This document shows positions 30,187-39,314 of a DNA stretch of 64,000 nt, piece after piece. This DNA is from Nitrospinales bacterium (GTDB lineage: Bacteria > Nitrospinota > Nitrospinia > Nitrospinales > VA-1): contig OZ253496.1 in NCBI GenBank assembly GCA_965262115.1, forward strand, positions 2,080,001-2,144,000, given 5' to 3'. Both the position numbers and the translations under genes were made by a program. Position 1 is the first letter of the stretch; the number at the start of each line of letters is the position of its first letter. The notes beneath the pieces are model-generated. The model worked only from the letters and a program-made list of their open reading frames with translations. It was not told the DNA's origin and ran no database searches.

Positions 30187-31542
30187 ATGAAGGCGAAACC
30201 CACCCGCGCACTTCCCTTTTTATTACTCTTAATTCTCCTTTTCCCTGTCAATGCATTTGCTTTGGTTTTCGATACCTCAAATGATGAGTTAAAAAAAGTA
30301 GCCCATGAGTTAAAAAGGTTCAACATCCATTTGGAAAACTTAAAAACTAATGAGTTTTCAAATTTACGGGGACAGCAAGAAGATCTTTTGCGCCAGATTG
30401 AAGAAATTAAACAGATTCTCCCGCAATTACAGGGGGCAGTCGAGCTGAACAAATCCGAAACCTTGAGCGGTCTGGGAAAAACCAATGCCAAGCTGTATGA
30501 TTTGGCGGTGGAAGTTAAAAACCAGGTTTTGGGGGAAATCCGCCAGCAAAACAAAAACCTGCAACAGTTTGGGGAAGGGCAGAAAAGACTGAAAGAGGGG
30601 CTGGCACAGGATATAGAAAAATTCGAACAATCCAGTAAAACAAATTTCCGGGAGTTTGCCGCAGCGAATAACAAGACACTGGAAAGAGTTGTTCAACAGT
30701 TGGAAGCGCAGAGCGCCACAACCAAAAAAGGCTTCGATGATATCATCGCTCTTTTTAAAGCAGATGTTATTCCCGCCATCGCTACGGACAACCAGAAGAT
30801 CCGGCAAATGGTTCTGGAGCACTTGACGAATGCCAACAAGGAAACCCGGAAAAACCTGGAAGCCTTCTCTGCCAAAAATCAACAATTGAACCAGAAGTTG
30901 ATCAAAATTCTTGAGGAGAGTTTGAAGCAGGGTCTGAACACCAGATCCCTGCTGGATTTCATCAAAAAAGATATGGAAAGCACTCGTGTCAGAGTGGAAG
31001 GGACGAATGCTAACCTTATTGCTGCGGATGAAAAAATTAATATGTTGGTCGGGAGCCTAGAAGCACTGCAAGCTCAAAACACCGCATCCAATAAAGAGCT
31101 TGTTGTTCTCAAAGCGGAACTGGAGCAGGCCGGGGAGTTCAACAAATTAGCCGATGAAAAGGTCAACAAGCTTATCGACCTTTCCTTAGACCTTGCTACT
31201 CATTCCGAAGAATTGGAAAATTCGGTGGTTGGGCAGTTAAAAGATTCGGCGCAGAAGGTGGGCCTGGTAGATGAGAAGCTCTCCCGCCTGATTGAAATTC
31301 TTAAGGCGATCGCCGAGGAACAGGATAAGCTGGGTCCTGTTGCCACGACACTGGCTAAGATGCAAAAGGAGCAGGAGGCTTTGCAAGAGACTCAGACAGG
31401 TCTCAGGAAAAGTCAGGGAGAAATCAAGGAGGCACTCGCCGATTTACGCCGAAAAGCGAATGTTAATATTTCCCGAAACGATGATATTAAGAAAACCCTT
31501 GGGCAATTAGGTTCCTCGAAAAGTAAGACCGGTGGTCAATAG
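30187..31542 (+). CDS. Secreted long coiled-coil protein
   Basis: Signal peptide ending NAFA; heptad-like Leu/Glu/Lys pattern throughout. Confidence 0.75.
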   Translation: MKAKPTRALPFLLLLILLFPVNAFALVFDTSNDELKKVAHELKRFNIHLENLKTNEFSNLRGQQEDLLRQIEEIKQILPQLQGAVELNKSETLSGLGKTNAKLYDLAVEVKNQVLGEIRQQNKNLQQFGEGQKRLKEGLAQDIEKFEQSSKTNFREFAAANNKTLERVVQQLEAQSATTKKGFDDIIALFKADVIPAIATDNQKIRQMVLEHLTNANKETRKNLEAFSAKNQQLNQKLIKILEESLKQGLNTRSLLDFIKKDMESTRVRVEGTNANLIAADEKINMLVGSLEALQAQNTASNKELVVLKAELEQAGEFNKLADEKVNKLIDLSLDLATHSEELENSVVGQLKDSAQKVGLVDEKLSRLIEILKAIAEEQDKLGPVATTLAKMQKEQEALQETQTGLRKSQGEIKEALADLRRKANVNISRNDDIKKTLGQLGSSKSKTGGQ

Positions 31543-31636
31543 AATAGCCGGGCGACAAAAGCTTTTTCGAGGCCTAAAAATGTTTCTGCTTTTTCAGAAC
31601 TTGACCGATTGCTGACTCCCGTTGCTCCGCTTGATT

Positions 31637-33007
31637 ATGGCTAAAACCACTACTATTTTTGTCTGTCAGGAATGCGGACACCAGATTCCAAAGTGGATGG
31701 GAAAGTGTCCCGAATGTATGGCCTGGAACAGCTTTGTCGAAGAGGCCTCGCGCCTACCGTCGGCTTCGCGTAATGCTAAACGAAGCCCGGATTCCTCAGT
31801 ATTAATCCCCATCACAGAAGTTCAGTCGATCGTCGATAATCGTTTGACCACCGGCATCGAAGAGTTTGACCGGGTTCTCGGCGGAGGTATGGTCGAGGGC
31901 TCGCTCATCCTGATCGGGGGCGAACCGGGGATCGGGAAGTCTACCCTCATTTTACAAAGCATGGGCCACTTGGCCCGGCTTGGGAAAAAGGTTCTGTATG
32001 TATCCGGGGAGGAATCGGGTTCCCAGATCAAGCTCCGTGCTGAACGCCTCAACGCTTTGTCTGAGAACCTTCTGGTTTGCTCTGAGATCTGCGTAGAGGA
32101 TATTCTTCAATGGGTAGATAAGGTTAAGCCCGATGTGCTGGTGCTGGATTCTGTGCAAACCTTTTACACTTCAGATTTGCAGTCCGCTCCGGGAAGCATA
32201 GGCCAGGTACGGGAAGTGGCATTCAAAATTTTCCAATCCATCAAGCAACGTGGTCTGCCAACTCTTTTGATCGGTCACATCAATAAAGATGGGGCGATAG
32301 CCGGTCCCAAATCTTTAGAGCATATTGTCGATACGGTGGTTTATTTCGAGGGCGATCAGGGCCATGCTTACCGGGCCTTGAGGGCAACTAAAAACCGGTT
32401 TGGCCCCACTCCGGAAATTGGAGTGTTTCAAATGGCGCCGGAAGGATTGGTGCCGGTGGAAAATCCTTCTGAATGGTTTTTGTCTGAGCGACCTGAAGAT
32501 TCCCCAGGTTCCGCTATTGCGGCCACCCTTGAGGGAAGCCGCACCTTGCTGGTCGAGGTTCAAGCCTTGGTCAGCACATCTTCTTCCATAGGTATGCCTA
32601 GAAGAATGGCCACAGGTTTTGACCATAACCGCATGTCACTGTTGATCGCCATTATCGAAAAGCGAATGGAGTTTCACCTGCAAGGCGAAGACATTTTCGT
32701 GAATCTGGCGGGAGGAATAAAAATTACCGAACCGGCTCTGGATCTGGCAGTTGTGGCCGCCATTGCGGGAAGTTTTCGTGACAAGGTCATAGATCCGCAA
32801 ACTGTGTTGGTCGGGGAGGTGGGTTTGACAGGAGAGGTGCGCTCTGTCATGCGGTTGGATGCCCGCATCCTGGAAGCGAGAAGGCTCGGTTTTAAACGTT
32901 GTGTCATCCCATATTCTGCGAAAAAAGCAAAGAACCTGCCGGATGAAGGTATTGAGTTGTTATTTGTGAAAAATCTTGCTGAAGTTTTTGAACACTTATT
33001 TGAATAG
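31637..33007 (+). CDS. radA: DNA repair protein RadA/Sms
   Basis: CQECG..W.GKCPEC zinc finger, GEPGIGKST, KNRFG, GEVGLTGEVR. Confidence 0.95.
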   Translation: MAKTTTIFVCQECGHQIPKWMGKCPECMAWNSFVEEASRLPSASRNAKRSPDSSVLIPITEVQSIVDNRLTTGIEEFDRVLGGGMVEGSLILIGGEPGIGKSTLILQSMGHLARLGKKVLYVSGEESGSQIKLRAERLNALSENLLVCSEICVEDILQWVDKVKPDVLVLDSVQTFYTSDLQSAPGSIGQVREVAFKIFQSIKQRGLPTLLIGHINKDGAIAGPKSLEHIVDTVVYFEGDQGHAYRALRATKNRFGPTPEIGVFQMAPEGLVPVENPSEWFLSERPEDSPGSAIAATLEGSRTLLVEVQALVSTSSSIGMPRRMATGFDHNRMSLLIAIIEKRMEFHLQGEDIFVNLAGGIKITEPALDLAVVAAIAGSFRDKVIDPQTVLVGEVGLTGEVRSVMRLDARILEARRLGFKRCVIPYSAKKAKNLPDEGIELLFVKNLAEVFEHLFE

Positions 33008-33013
33008 TCAACT

Positions 33014-33706
33014 ATGAATGTGCGCGCGATCATTCCTGCAGGAGGCCAGGGAACTCGAATGGGGGGAACAGTCCCCAAACAGTTTCAAGTGCTGAGGGGA
33101 AAACCTATCCTGCATTACACTTTGAAAACGCTAGAGGAATCGGGACTCATTGATTCGTTGGTTCTGGTGGTGCCCCAAAACGAACTGGAAAATGCCCGCA
33201 CCGACTGGCTGGAGCACCCCCCGATTGTTGAACAAGTTGTAGTGGGGGGTGAAAAAAGGCAGGACTCTGTTTTTAACGGTTATCAGTCTCTCCCCGAGGA
33301 TACGGATATTGTTCTGGTTCACGATGGGGTGCGTCCCTTTTTGTCGATGGAGATGATTCAGGAAACGATCCAGGTTGCCGAAAAATCTGGCGCGGCGATC
33401 ACGGCCATTCCTGTCAACGACACCCTCAAACAGGTAGATGGTTCCGGCAAGGTTGAGCGTACTGTGGAGCGAGAAGGATTGTGGCGCGTTCAGACTCCGC
33501 AAGCTTTTCGCTATGACCTTCTCGGCGAGGCTTTTCGCAACGCCCGGAAGGATTCCTTTTATAGTACAGACGAGGGTGCCTTGATTGAATATCTGGGGCA
33601 CGAGGTCCGAGTTGTGGACGGCTCCGAATGGAATCTCAAAATCACCCGCCCGAAAGATCTTGTGCTTGGCGAAAGCATTGCGGCGAAATTGTTCCCTGAG
33701 TTTTGA
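33014..33706 (+). CDS. ispD: 2-C-methyl-D-erythritol 4-phosphate cytidylyltransferase
   Basis: PAGGQGTRM, PKQF, RQDSV, VHDGVRP, QTPQAF, NLKIT. Confidence 0.95.
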   Translation: MNVRAIIPAGGQGTRMGGTVPKQFQVLRGKPILHYTLKTLEESGLIDSLVLVVPQNELENARTDWLEHPPIVEQVVVGGEKRQDSVFNGYQSLPEDTDIVLVHDGVRPFLSMEMIQETIQVAEKSGAAITAIPVNDTLKQVDGSGKVERTVEREGLWRVQTPQAFRYDLLGEAFRNARKDSFYSTDEGALIEYLGHEVRVVDGSEWNLKITRPKDLVLGESIAAKLFPEF

Positions 33707-33826
33707 GAGTTTTATCGTCGCAATCCTAAAAAAGTCTGCTCCCTGAAAGCTTTCAGACCATCTAACACCTGCTCAGATAACACCAGTTCAGAAAATAAAA
33801 TTAACCTTATCCAGGGAGAAAGAAAA

Positions 33827-34264
33827 ATGTTACAACCCGGAACCGATGCGCCAGATTTTTCTGTGAAAGATCATAACGGAAACACCGTAAACCTGAAGGA
33901 TTGCAGAGGGAAAAAAGTGGTGCTTTGGTTTTACCCCAAGGCCGATACCCCCGGTTGCACTATGGAGGGCCAGGGGTTCCGCGATGATTACAAAAGTTTC
34001 GAGAAAAAAAATGTCCAGATTTTCGGGGTCAGCCTGGACAATGAAGCGGATAACAAAGCCTTTGCAGAAAAATTCTCTTTCCCCTATCCCCTGCTTTGCG
34101 ATGTGAATCGGGAAATCGCACTGGGCTATCAGGCGGTCAAAAGCGCCGAAGAGCAATACGCGGCCCGCATCACCTATGTGATCGGGGAAGATGGAAAGAT
34201 TCTCGAAAGCATCGAAAGTGTGGACACCAAGACCCACTCGCAAGGTTTATGCTCCCGGCTTTGA
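33827..34264 (+). CDS. bcp: Peroxiredoxin Q/BCP
   Basis: FYPKADTPGCT motif. Confidence 0.9.
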   Translation: MLQPGTDAPDFSVKDHNGNTVNLKDCRGKKVVLWFYPKADTPGCTMEGQGFRDDYKSFEKKNVQIFGVSLDNEADNKAFAEKFSFPYPLLCDVNREIALGYQAVKSAEEQYAARITYVIGEDGKILESIESVDTKTHSQGLCSRL

Positions 34265-34277
34265 TCCTTTAGCGGGG

Positions 34278-34406
34278 GAGACCTTTGCATAACCCAATAT
34301 TCTTCGTTGCAATAGCTCCTCAGAATGACAAAATAGCCTTTTATTGTCATGCTGAGCTTGTCGAAGCATCTCGCTTTTCTGCTTTATAGACTTACGCAAA
34401 GGTCTC
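34278..34406. mobile_element. MITE family B copy (129 bp)
   Basis: TIRs GAGACCTTTGCATAA / TTACGCAAAGGTCTC; exact 9-bp TSD TTAGCGGGG (34269..34277, 34407..34415). Confidence 0.9.
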
Positions 34407-34499
34407 TTAGCGGGGGGGGGGGCATTAGCAACGACTCTTCAAGCCGAGGTGATCGCTTGTTTGCCAGCAAAAGCTATTACCCCTTGTATGTTGTTCATA

Positions 34500-34710
34500 A
34501 GGGGAATTTGTAGTAGTTGTACCTGTGAGCCCTGTGGGAAGCCGGTTTTGTGTTTTCCACAAGCTCCCAGGATTTGATTCAGGGCACAATAGATCGTTTA
34601 CCCCTTGGGCTTTTAAGCCCGTCCCGAAGCGCAGATCGTTGTGTCCTATTTTGATTAACCCGAACAGTTGCCTGGGCCACTGAGCCCGCATCGGCAAGGC
34701 TGGGAGACCA
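34500..34710 (+). ncRNA. IS110 bridge RNA (predicted)
   Basis: 5' hairpin 34522..34571; target loop with TTACCCCT (34598..34605) and GTCCCGAAG (34621..34629); donor loop with ACAGTTGC (34664..34671) and GCAAG (34694..34698); RNA ends approximate. Confidence 0.85.
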
Positions 34711-34714
34711 AATT

Positions 34715-35665
34715 ATGAATCAGAAACCCCATTTTATTGGCATCGATATTTCTAAACTCCATCTGGATGTTGCTGACAGCATGACTCAAGAAACCTGGCA
34801 AACCGCTAACAATGAAGAAGGGATTGCTGGTTTGGTCGAGAGTTTATCCGCCTTAAATCCTCCATTGATCGTTTTGGAAGCCACAGGCGGCTTAGAGATC
34901 CCGTTGGCTTCGGCCCTGGTTGCGGGTCGACTGCCAGTAGCCGTGGTCAACCCGCGACAAGTTCGTGATTTTGCCAAAGCCACCGGGAAACTGGCAAAAA
35001 CCGATGTCATTGATTCTCTTGTGCTGGCCCATTTTGCCAAGGCCGTACGTCCTGAGGTCAGGAAAATCAAAGACGAAGAATCTCTTGAACTCTCAGCTCT
35101 GGTGACACGCCGTCGCCAGTTGATCGAGATGCTGACCAAAGAAAAAACCCGTCTAAAACAAGCTCCAAAATGGATATGTAAAGACATTAAGGAGCATATC
35201 GAATCTCTTAAAAAACGCTTGCGAAAAATCGATGGCGACCTTTCCAGAACCATCAAAAACAGTTCTGCCTGGCGTGAGCACGACCAGATTATACAAAGTG
35301 TTCCCGGTGCCGGTCCCGTTCTGGCTGTCAACCTCTTGGCCGGGGTTCCGGAACTTGGAGTTCTTAATCAGAAGCAAATCGCCGCCCTCATCGGTCTCGC
35401 TCCCCTCAATCGGGACAGCGGAAAGTTCCGGGGCCGCCGGTGTATCTGGGGCGGCCGCGCCAATGTGCGTGCCGCTTTATACATGGCCGCCGTCACTGCC
35501 ATGCAGCATAATCCCGTGATTCGTACCTTTTACACACGCCTCATCGAAAAGGGCAAACCCTTTAAAGTTGCCATTACCGCATGCATGAGAAAGTTATTAA
35601 CGATCATCAATACCATGATCAAAACAAAAACACTCTGGAATGAAAATCTCATTACCAGCACTTGA
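34715..35665 (+). CDS. IS110-family recombinase/transposase
   Basis: DEDD residues in IGID, LEATG, KTD..D; SG motif in RDSGK; KVAITACMRKL. Confidence 0.95.
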   Translation: MNQKPHFIGIDISKLHLDVADSMTQETWQTANNEEGIAGLVESLSALNPPLIVLEATGGLEIPLASALVAGRLPVAVVNPRQVRDFAKATGKLAKTDVIDSLVLAHFAKAVRPEVRKIKDEESLELSALVTRRRQLIEMLTKEKTRLKQAPKWICKDIKEHIESLKKRLRKIDGDLSRTIKNSSAWREHDQIIQSVPGAGPVLAVNLLAGVPELGVLNQKQIAALIGLAPLNRDSGKFRGRRCIWGGRANVRAALYMAAVTAMQHNPVIRTFYTRLIEKGKPFKVAITACMRKLLTIINTMIKTKTLWNENLITST

Positions 35666-35682
35666 CATTTAACACAGTTGCT

Positions 35683-35794
35683 TCGGGGCACGAGATACCC
35701 GTGCCGGGCATGAAGGCAAAGGTAAAATATCACATACCCGTGCCGGGCATGAATTTTAAGGAAGAGGACATCACAGCTATGAAAGAATATCACG
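35683..35794 (+). repeat. Family C cluster: remainder of the IS110-interrupted copy with two nested copies
   Basis: Outer copy 34478..34484 + 35683..35695 + 35776..35794 = 39 nt; inner copies 35696..35734 (39 nt) and 35735..35775 (41 nt). Confidence 0.8.
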
Positions 35795-35885
35795 GCCACC
35801 GGCGGCTCGTCGGCCACGCCTGGTGGGTTGACGGAGCCGGGTTAGGGCGTTATGATTCTTTTTCATTAAATTTCTGGAGCAAAGA

Positions 35886-37007
35886 ATGGGGTACAAAGAA
35901 TCTTATATGCCTGAACCCTTGGATGAGGGCCAAAAGAAGAAGAAAAAAGAAATTTTAAATACCCGGATTGCTCCGGTCGACTTTGAAAATATTAAGGATG
36001 TGGGTGATCTGGTGGAGTCGTTTCAATCGGCTTCCATTCAGGCCCGAAACCTCGGGCAATGCGCCAAAATATTTGGGGAAATGCTTCAAGATGAGGAAAA
36101 ACCCACTATTATCCTGGGGCTGGCGGGTCCCCTGATTGCGGCGGGACTGAGAAAAGTCCTGCGTGATATGGTGCATTACAATATGGTGGATGTGATCGTT
36201 TCCACCGGGGCGATTTTATATCAGGATTATTACAACGCCCTCGGCGGGGGTCATTATTATGGCAGCCCAAATGCTGATGATACCAAGCTCAGGGAACTCT
36301 TCATCAACCGGATTTATGACACCTATGTTGATGATGAATTATTTGTCGAGGACGACACCCTGGTGGGAAGGTTCGCCGATACTTTAGAACCCGGAAACTA
36401 TTCCAGCAGGGACTTCATCTCCAGACTATCAGAAACCATCGATGATGATGAATCCATTCTGGTCACGGCCCGGAAAAACAATATTCCGATTTTTTGCCCG
36501 GCCATCAACGACTCCAGCTTAGGGATAGGGTTGACAGAGCATTATCACTCGGCTCGCAAAGAGGGGCGCACTCCTATCACCATCGATTCCATTCGCGACA
36601 ATTACGAACTCACTCAGATCGTGGTGAACTCGACACGCACGGCGGCTTTTTATGTTGCGGGCGGAGTGCCTAAAAACTATGTCAACGATTCGGTGGTCAT
36701 GGCCTATATTTTTGGTAAGGATACCGGTGGTCACAAATATGCCCTGCAAGTGACCACGGACTCGCCGCATTGGGGCGGGTTGAGCGGCAGCACGTTAGCC
36801 GAGGCGCAGTCGTGGGGGAAAGTCAATAAAGAGGCGACACATAGCATGGCGTTTGTCGAGCCCAGCGTTTCGCTTCCGTTGATTTATGGTTATGCGTTTC
36901 AAAAAGGTCTTTATAAAGGGCGCCCACGAATGGACTTCAAATGGGAGGGTGATACCCTGAAAAAAATGGCCCGCCGCCAGCGTGACGCTGGACTCAATGA
37001 GCAATAA
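35886..37007 (+). CDS. Deoxyhypusine synthase-like protein (DHS family)
   Basis: STGA, RIYD, PAINDSSLG, GGVPKN, GGLSGSTLAEAQSWGK. Confidence 0.9.
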   Translation: MGYKESYMPEPLDEGQKKKKKEILNTRIAPVDFENIKDVGDLVESFQSASIQARNLGQCAKIFGEMLQDEEKPTIILGLAGPLIAAGLRKVLRDMVHYNMVDVIVSTGAILYQDYYNALGGGHYYGSPNADDTKLRELFINRIYDTYVDDELFVEDDTLVGRFADTLEPGNYSSRDFISRLSETIDDDESILVTARKNNIPIFCPAINDSSLGIGLTEHYHSARKEGRTPITIDSIRDNYELTQIVVNSTRTAAFYVAGGVPKNYVNDSVVMAYIFGKDTGGHKYALQVTTDSPHWGGLSGSTLAEAQSWGKVNKEATHSMAFVEPSVSLPLIYGYAFQKGLYKGRPRMDFKWEGDTLKKMARRQRDAGLNEQ

Positions 37008-37072
37008 CTTTTGCTGGCTAGCAACGAATTATCTCGGCTCAGCAAGCTATTGCTAATTGCCCCTCCGGCTAG
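36977..37072 (+). repeat. Family A repeat unit between convergent genes
   Basis: CCAGCGTGACGCTGGAC module; stem GCAATAAC.TTGCTG / CAGCAAGCTATTGC. Confidence 0.7.
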
Positions 37073-38190
37073 GAGTTGAGATCGAGAAACACTCGGGCCT
37101 GATCGATCTGAGGAGCGGTCTCAAGTTTGGATTTGATGTTTGTCACCAAAGTGCGTGACTCTTCCAAGTTTTGCTGCGAGTCGATCTTAATAAACACCTC
37201 CAAAATATTCTTTCCCTTGATATGATGCACCCGAATTTCGGGTTGCGAAATACTTCCATCCAATTCTGAAATCAAGGGTAGGGTAATTTCGATCAGCTCT
37301 TTTCTCGTAATGGGGTAGATGGCCTCGACTTCCGTATCGGATTCGCCATCGACATGAACCAGCACATCCTGAATATTGTCAAAGGCCTTGATGAGGTTAC
37401 GTCGTGCGATTTCAGCAACTCGATGTCCTTCGGTGACCGTTATTTCAGGATCGACGAGGATATGCACATCTATGAGGAACTCTCCACCAATGACACGGCT
37501 GCGCAAATCATGAAAATGAAGAACCTCGGGAATTTTCCTCAAAATAGTTTGGGTTTTTTTGGTATTCTCATCGCTCAGGGCCGTGTCCATCAAGTCCCGC
37601 ACCCCTTGCCGGGTTATGTCGATGCCGACTTTCACAATCATGCCACCGACCACTGCTCCCGCCAGAGGGTCCATGAAAGGAAATCCTTGCCCGGCCCCGA
37701 CAATTCCAATCAGAGCGGCTATTGACGAAATGGCATCGGTTCGGTGATGCCAGGCGTTGGCGATTAAAGAAGGGCTTTGCGTCGCCTCGCCCACCCGACG
37801 GGTGTAATGATAGAGTCCTTCATTAATAAGAATAGAAAGTGTTGCGGCGAGGGCCGCCAGAATTACGGGTATTTGCCCGGAGCTTGCATCGATGGCTTGC
37901 CAGGTTTCATGGATAACGCCGATGCCAGTGGCGATGATGAACAGGCCGATGACGGTAGCCCCAATCGTCTCTGCCCGTCCATGCCCATAGGGGTGGTCTT
38001 CGTCCTGCGGCATTTTCCCGATTCGGTGGGTGAACAGGACAATGATGTCTGTCACCAGGTCGGAAAGGGAGTGGATGGCATCCGCCACCAGAGCCACGCT
38101 GTTTCCCAGAATTCCTCCGGCAAACTTAAAAGCGGAAAGCAGCAGATTGGCGATGGCACCAACAATAATGGCTCGGATTCCGGGGGTCAT
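37069..38190 (-). CDS. Cation diffusion facilitator transporter with duplicated C-terminal domain
   Basis: ADAIHSLSD, HPYGHGRAE, AWHHRTD, VTEGHRVA, VLVHVD. Confidence 0.9.
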   Translation of the reverse strand: MTPGIRAIIVGAIANLLLSAFKFAGGILGNSVALVADAIHSLSDLVTDIIVLFTHRIGKMPQDEDHPYGHGRAETIGATVIGLFIIATGIGVIHETWQAIDASSGQIPVILAALAATLSILINEGLYHYTRRVGEATQSPSLIANAWHHRTDAISSIAALIGIVGAGQGFPFMDPLAGAVVGGMIVKVGIDITRQGVRDLMDTALSDENTKKTQTILRKIPEVLHFHDLRSRVIGGEFLIDVHILVDPEITVTEGHRVAEIARRNLIKAFDNIQDVLVHVDGESDTEVEAIYPITRKELIEITLPLISELDGSISQPEIRVHHIKGKNILEVFIKIDSQQNLEESRTLVTNIKSKLETAPQIDQARVFLDLNS

Positions 38191-38215
38191 AGTATTGACC
38201 GAGTAAGTGGAAGAT

Positions 38216-39298
38216 TTAAACTTTGCCGCTAACTAGCTTCTTTATAATTTTAACATTGGCTGCAGGAAAAGGATATGTGTCTAATGTTTCCGCTTTCACC
38301 CAGTTCCATTCTTCGCATTGAGTAGGCGAAATTCGACCTGAGCGGACTCTGCATAGGAAAACATGCAGGGTCACTCGAAAGCGGGTGTAGCTGTGCTTGA
38401 CCGTCATAAGCTTTTCATCTATATGGAGAGACACCCGCAACTCTTCTTTGATTTCACGGTTGAGGCATTGTTCGGCAGATTCACCAGATTCGAATTTTCC
38501 TCCGGGGAACTCCCATAGTCCGCCCATCAGTCCGCCGATTTTTCTTTTTTGAATATAGACTTTGTTGCGTCGCAAGATGACCGCCGCGCTGACTTCAATT
38601 TTTGTGGTTGAGGCCTTTTGTTTGCGCGGTGGGTAAAGATTTTGTTTTCCGGCTTTTTGCACTTTGCAGTTTCGCTTCAGAGGGCAGAGCAGGCAAAGAG
38701 TATTTTTGGGCAGGCAGACCGTGGCGCCCAGTTCCATGAAAGCCTGATTAAAATTCCCGGCTCCTGTTTCAGGCAGAAGGCTTTGCATGGCTTCCCATAA
38801 AACATTTTCTGATTTGCGATTGCCTCCGTTTTCCTTGAGCAGAAAAAGCCGTGACAAAACCCTTTTGACATTGCCATCGAGTACGGAAACTTTTTGGCCG
38901 AAGGCAATGCTGAGAACGGCTCCGGCCGTGTAACGACCGACCCCGGGCAGTTTCAGGATTTCATCCATCGAGTCTGGAACCTTCCCGGAATATTCCTGTT
39001 GGATTTTTTGCGCGGCCTTTTTCAAGTTGCGGGCGCGGGAATAATAGCCCAATCCCTCCCAGTGTTTTAAAACCGCAGATTCCCGGGCCTGTGTCAGTTT
39101 TTGCACGGTGGGGAACGATTTCATCCACCGCTCAAAATAAGGGATGGCGGTCTTCACCTGGGTTTGTTGCAACATGAACTCCGACACAAGAATGCGATAG
39201 GGGTTCCGGTTATTGCGCCAGGGCATCTCCTTTTTTTCTTCTTCGTACCATTTCAGTAATTGCTTTTGCAGAGTTCTGCTGGAGATGCGGGGTTTCAT
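38216..39298 (-). CDS. mutY: A/G-specific adenine glycosylase with C-terminal Nudix domain
   Basis: SEFMLQQTQV, WEGLGYYSRARNL, LPGVGRYTAGA, DGNVKRV, Cx6Cx2Cx5C cluster motif. Confidence 0.93.
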   Translation of the reverse strand: MKPRISSRTLQKQLLKWYEEEKKEMPWRNNRNPYRILVSEFMLQQTQVKTAIPYFERWMKSFPTVQKLTQARESAVLKHWEGLGYYSRARNLKKAAQKIQQEYSGKVPDSMDEILKLPGVGRYTAGAVLSIAFGQKVSVLDGNVKRVLSRLFLLKENGGNRKSENVLWEAMQSLLPETGAGNFNQAFMELGATVCLPKNTLCLLCPLKRNCKVQKAGKQNLYPPRKQKASTTKIEVSAAVILRRNKVYIQKRKIGGLMGGLWEFPGGKFESGESAEQCLNREIKEELRVSLHIDEKLMTVKHSYTRFRVTLHVFLCRVRSGRISPTQCEEWNWVKAETLDTYPFPAANVKIIKKLVSGKV

Positions 39299-39314
39299 TA
39301 GAGGTGGCTGTCGG

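Larger units (their letters stand above)
34483..35682 (+). mobile_element. IS110-family insertion sequence (IS621-like), full length, CT core at both ends
   Basis: CT at 34483..34484 and 35681..35682; removal restores TACCCCTTCGGGGCA; end junction ACAGTTG-CT-TGTAT; TTGACA (35662) and TATGTT (34487) fall 17 bp apart on circularisation. Confidence 0.9.

Noticed and set aside
33827..34264. Selenocysteine-containing peroxiredoxin
   Set aside because: The active-site codon is TGC (Cys), not TGA.
34553..34561. DnaA box TTTTCCACA upstream of the IS110 transposase
   Set aside because: Isolated and explained as one arm of the bridge RNA 5' hairpin.
35886..37007. DHS-like enzyme modifying the EF-P encoded 11 kb away
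   Set aside because: Genes are not linked; bacterial DHS homologues are better explained by homospermidine/polyamine synthesis; nothing in the sequence supports the link.
36998..37056. Family A core hairpin as integron attC sites
   Set aside because: No consistent RYYYAAC/GTTRRRY boxes, orientation is mixed, neighbours are housekeeping genes and there is no integrase.
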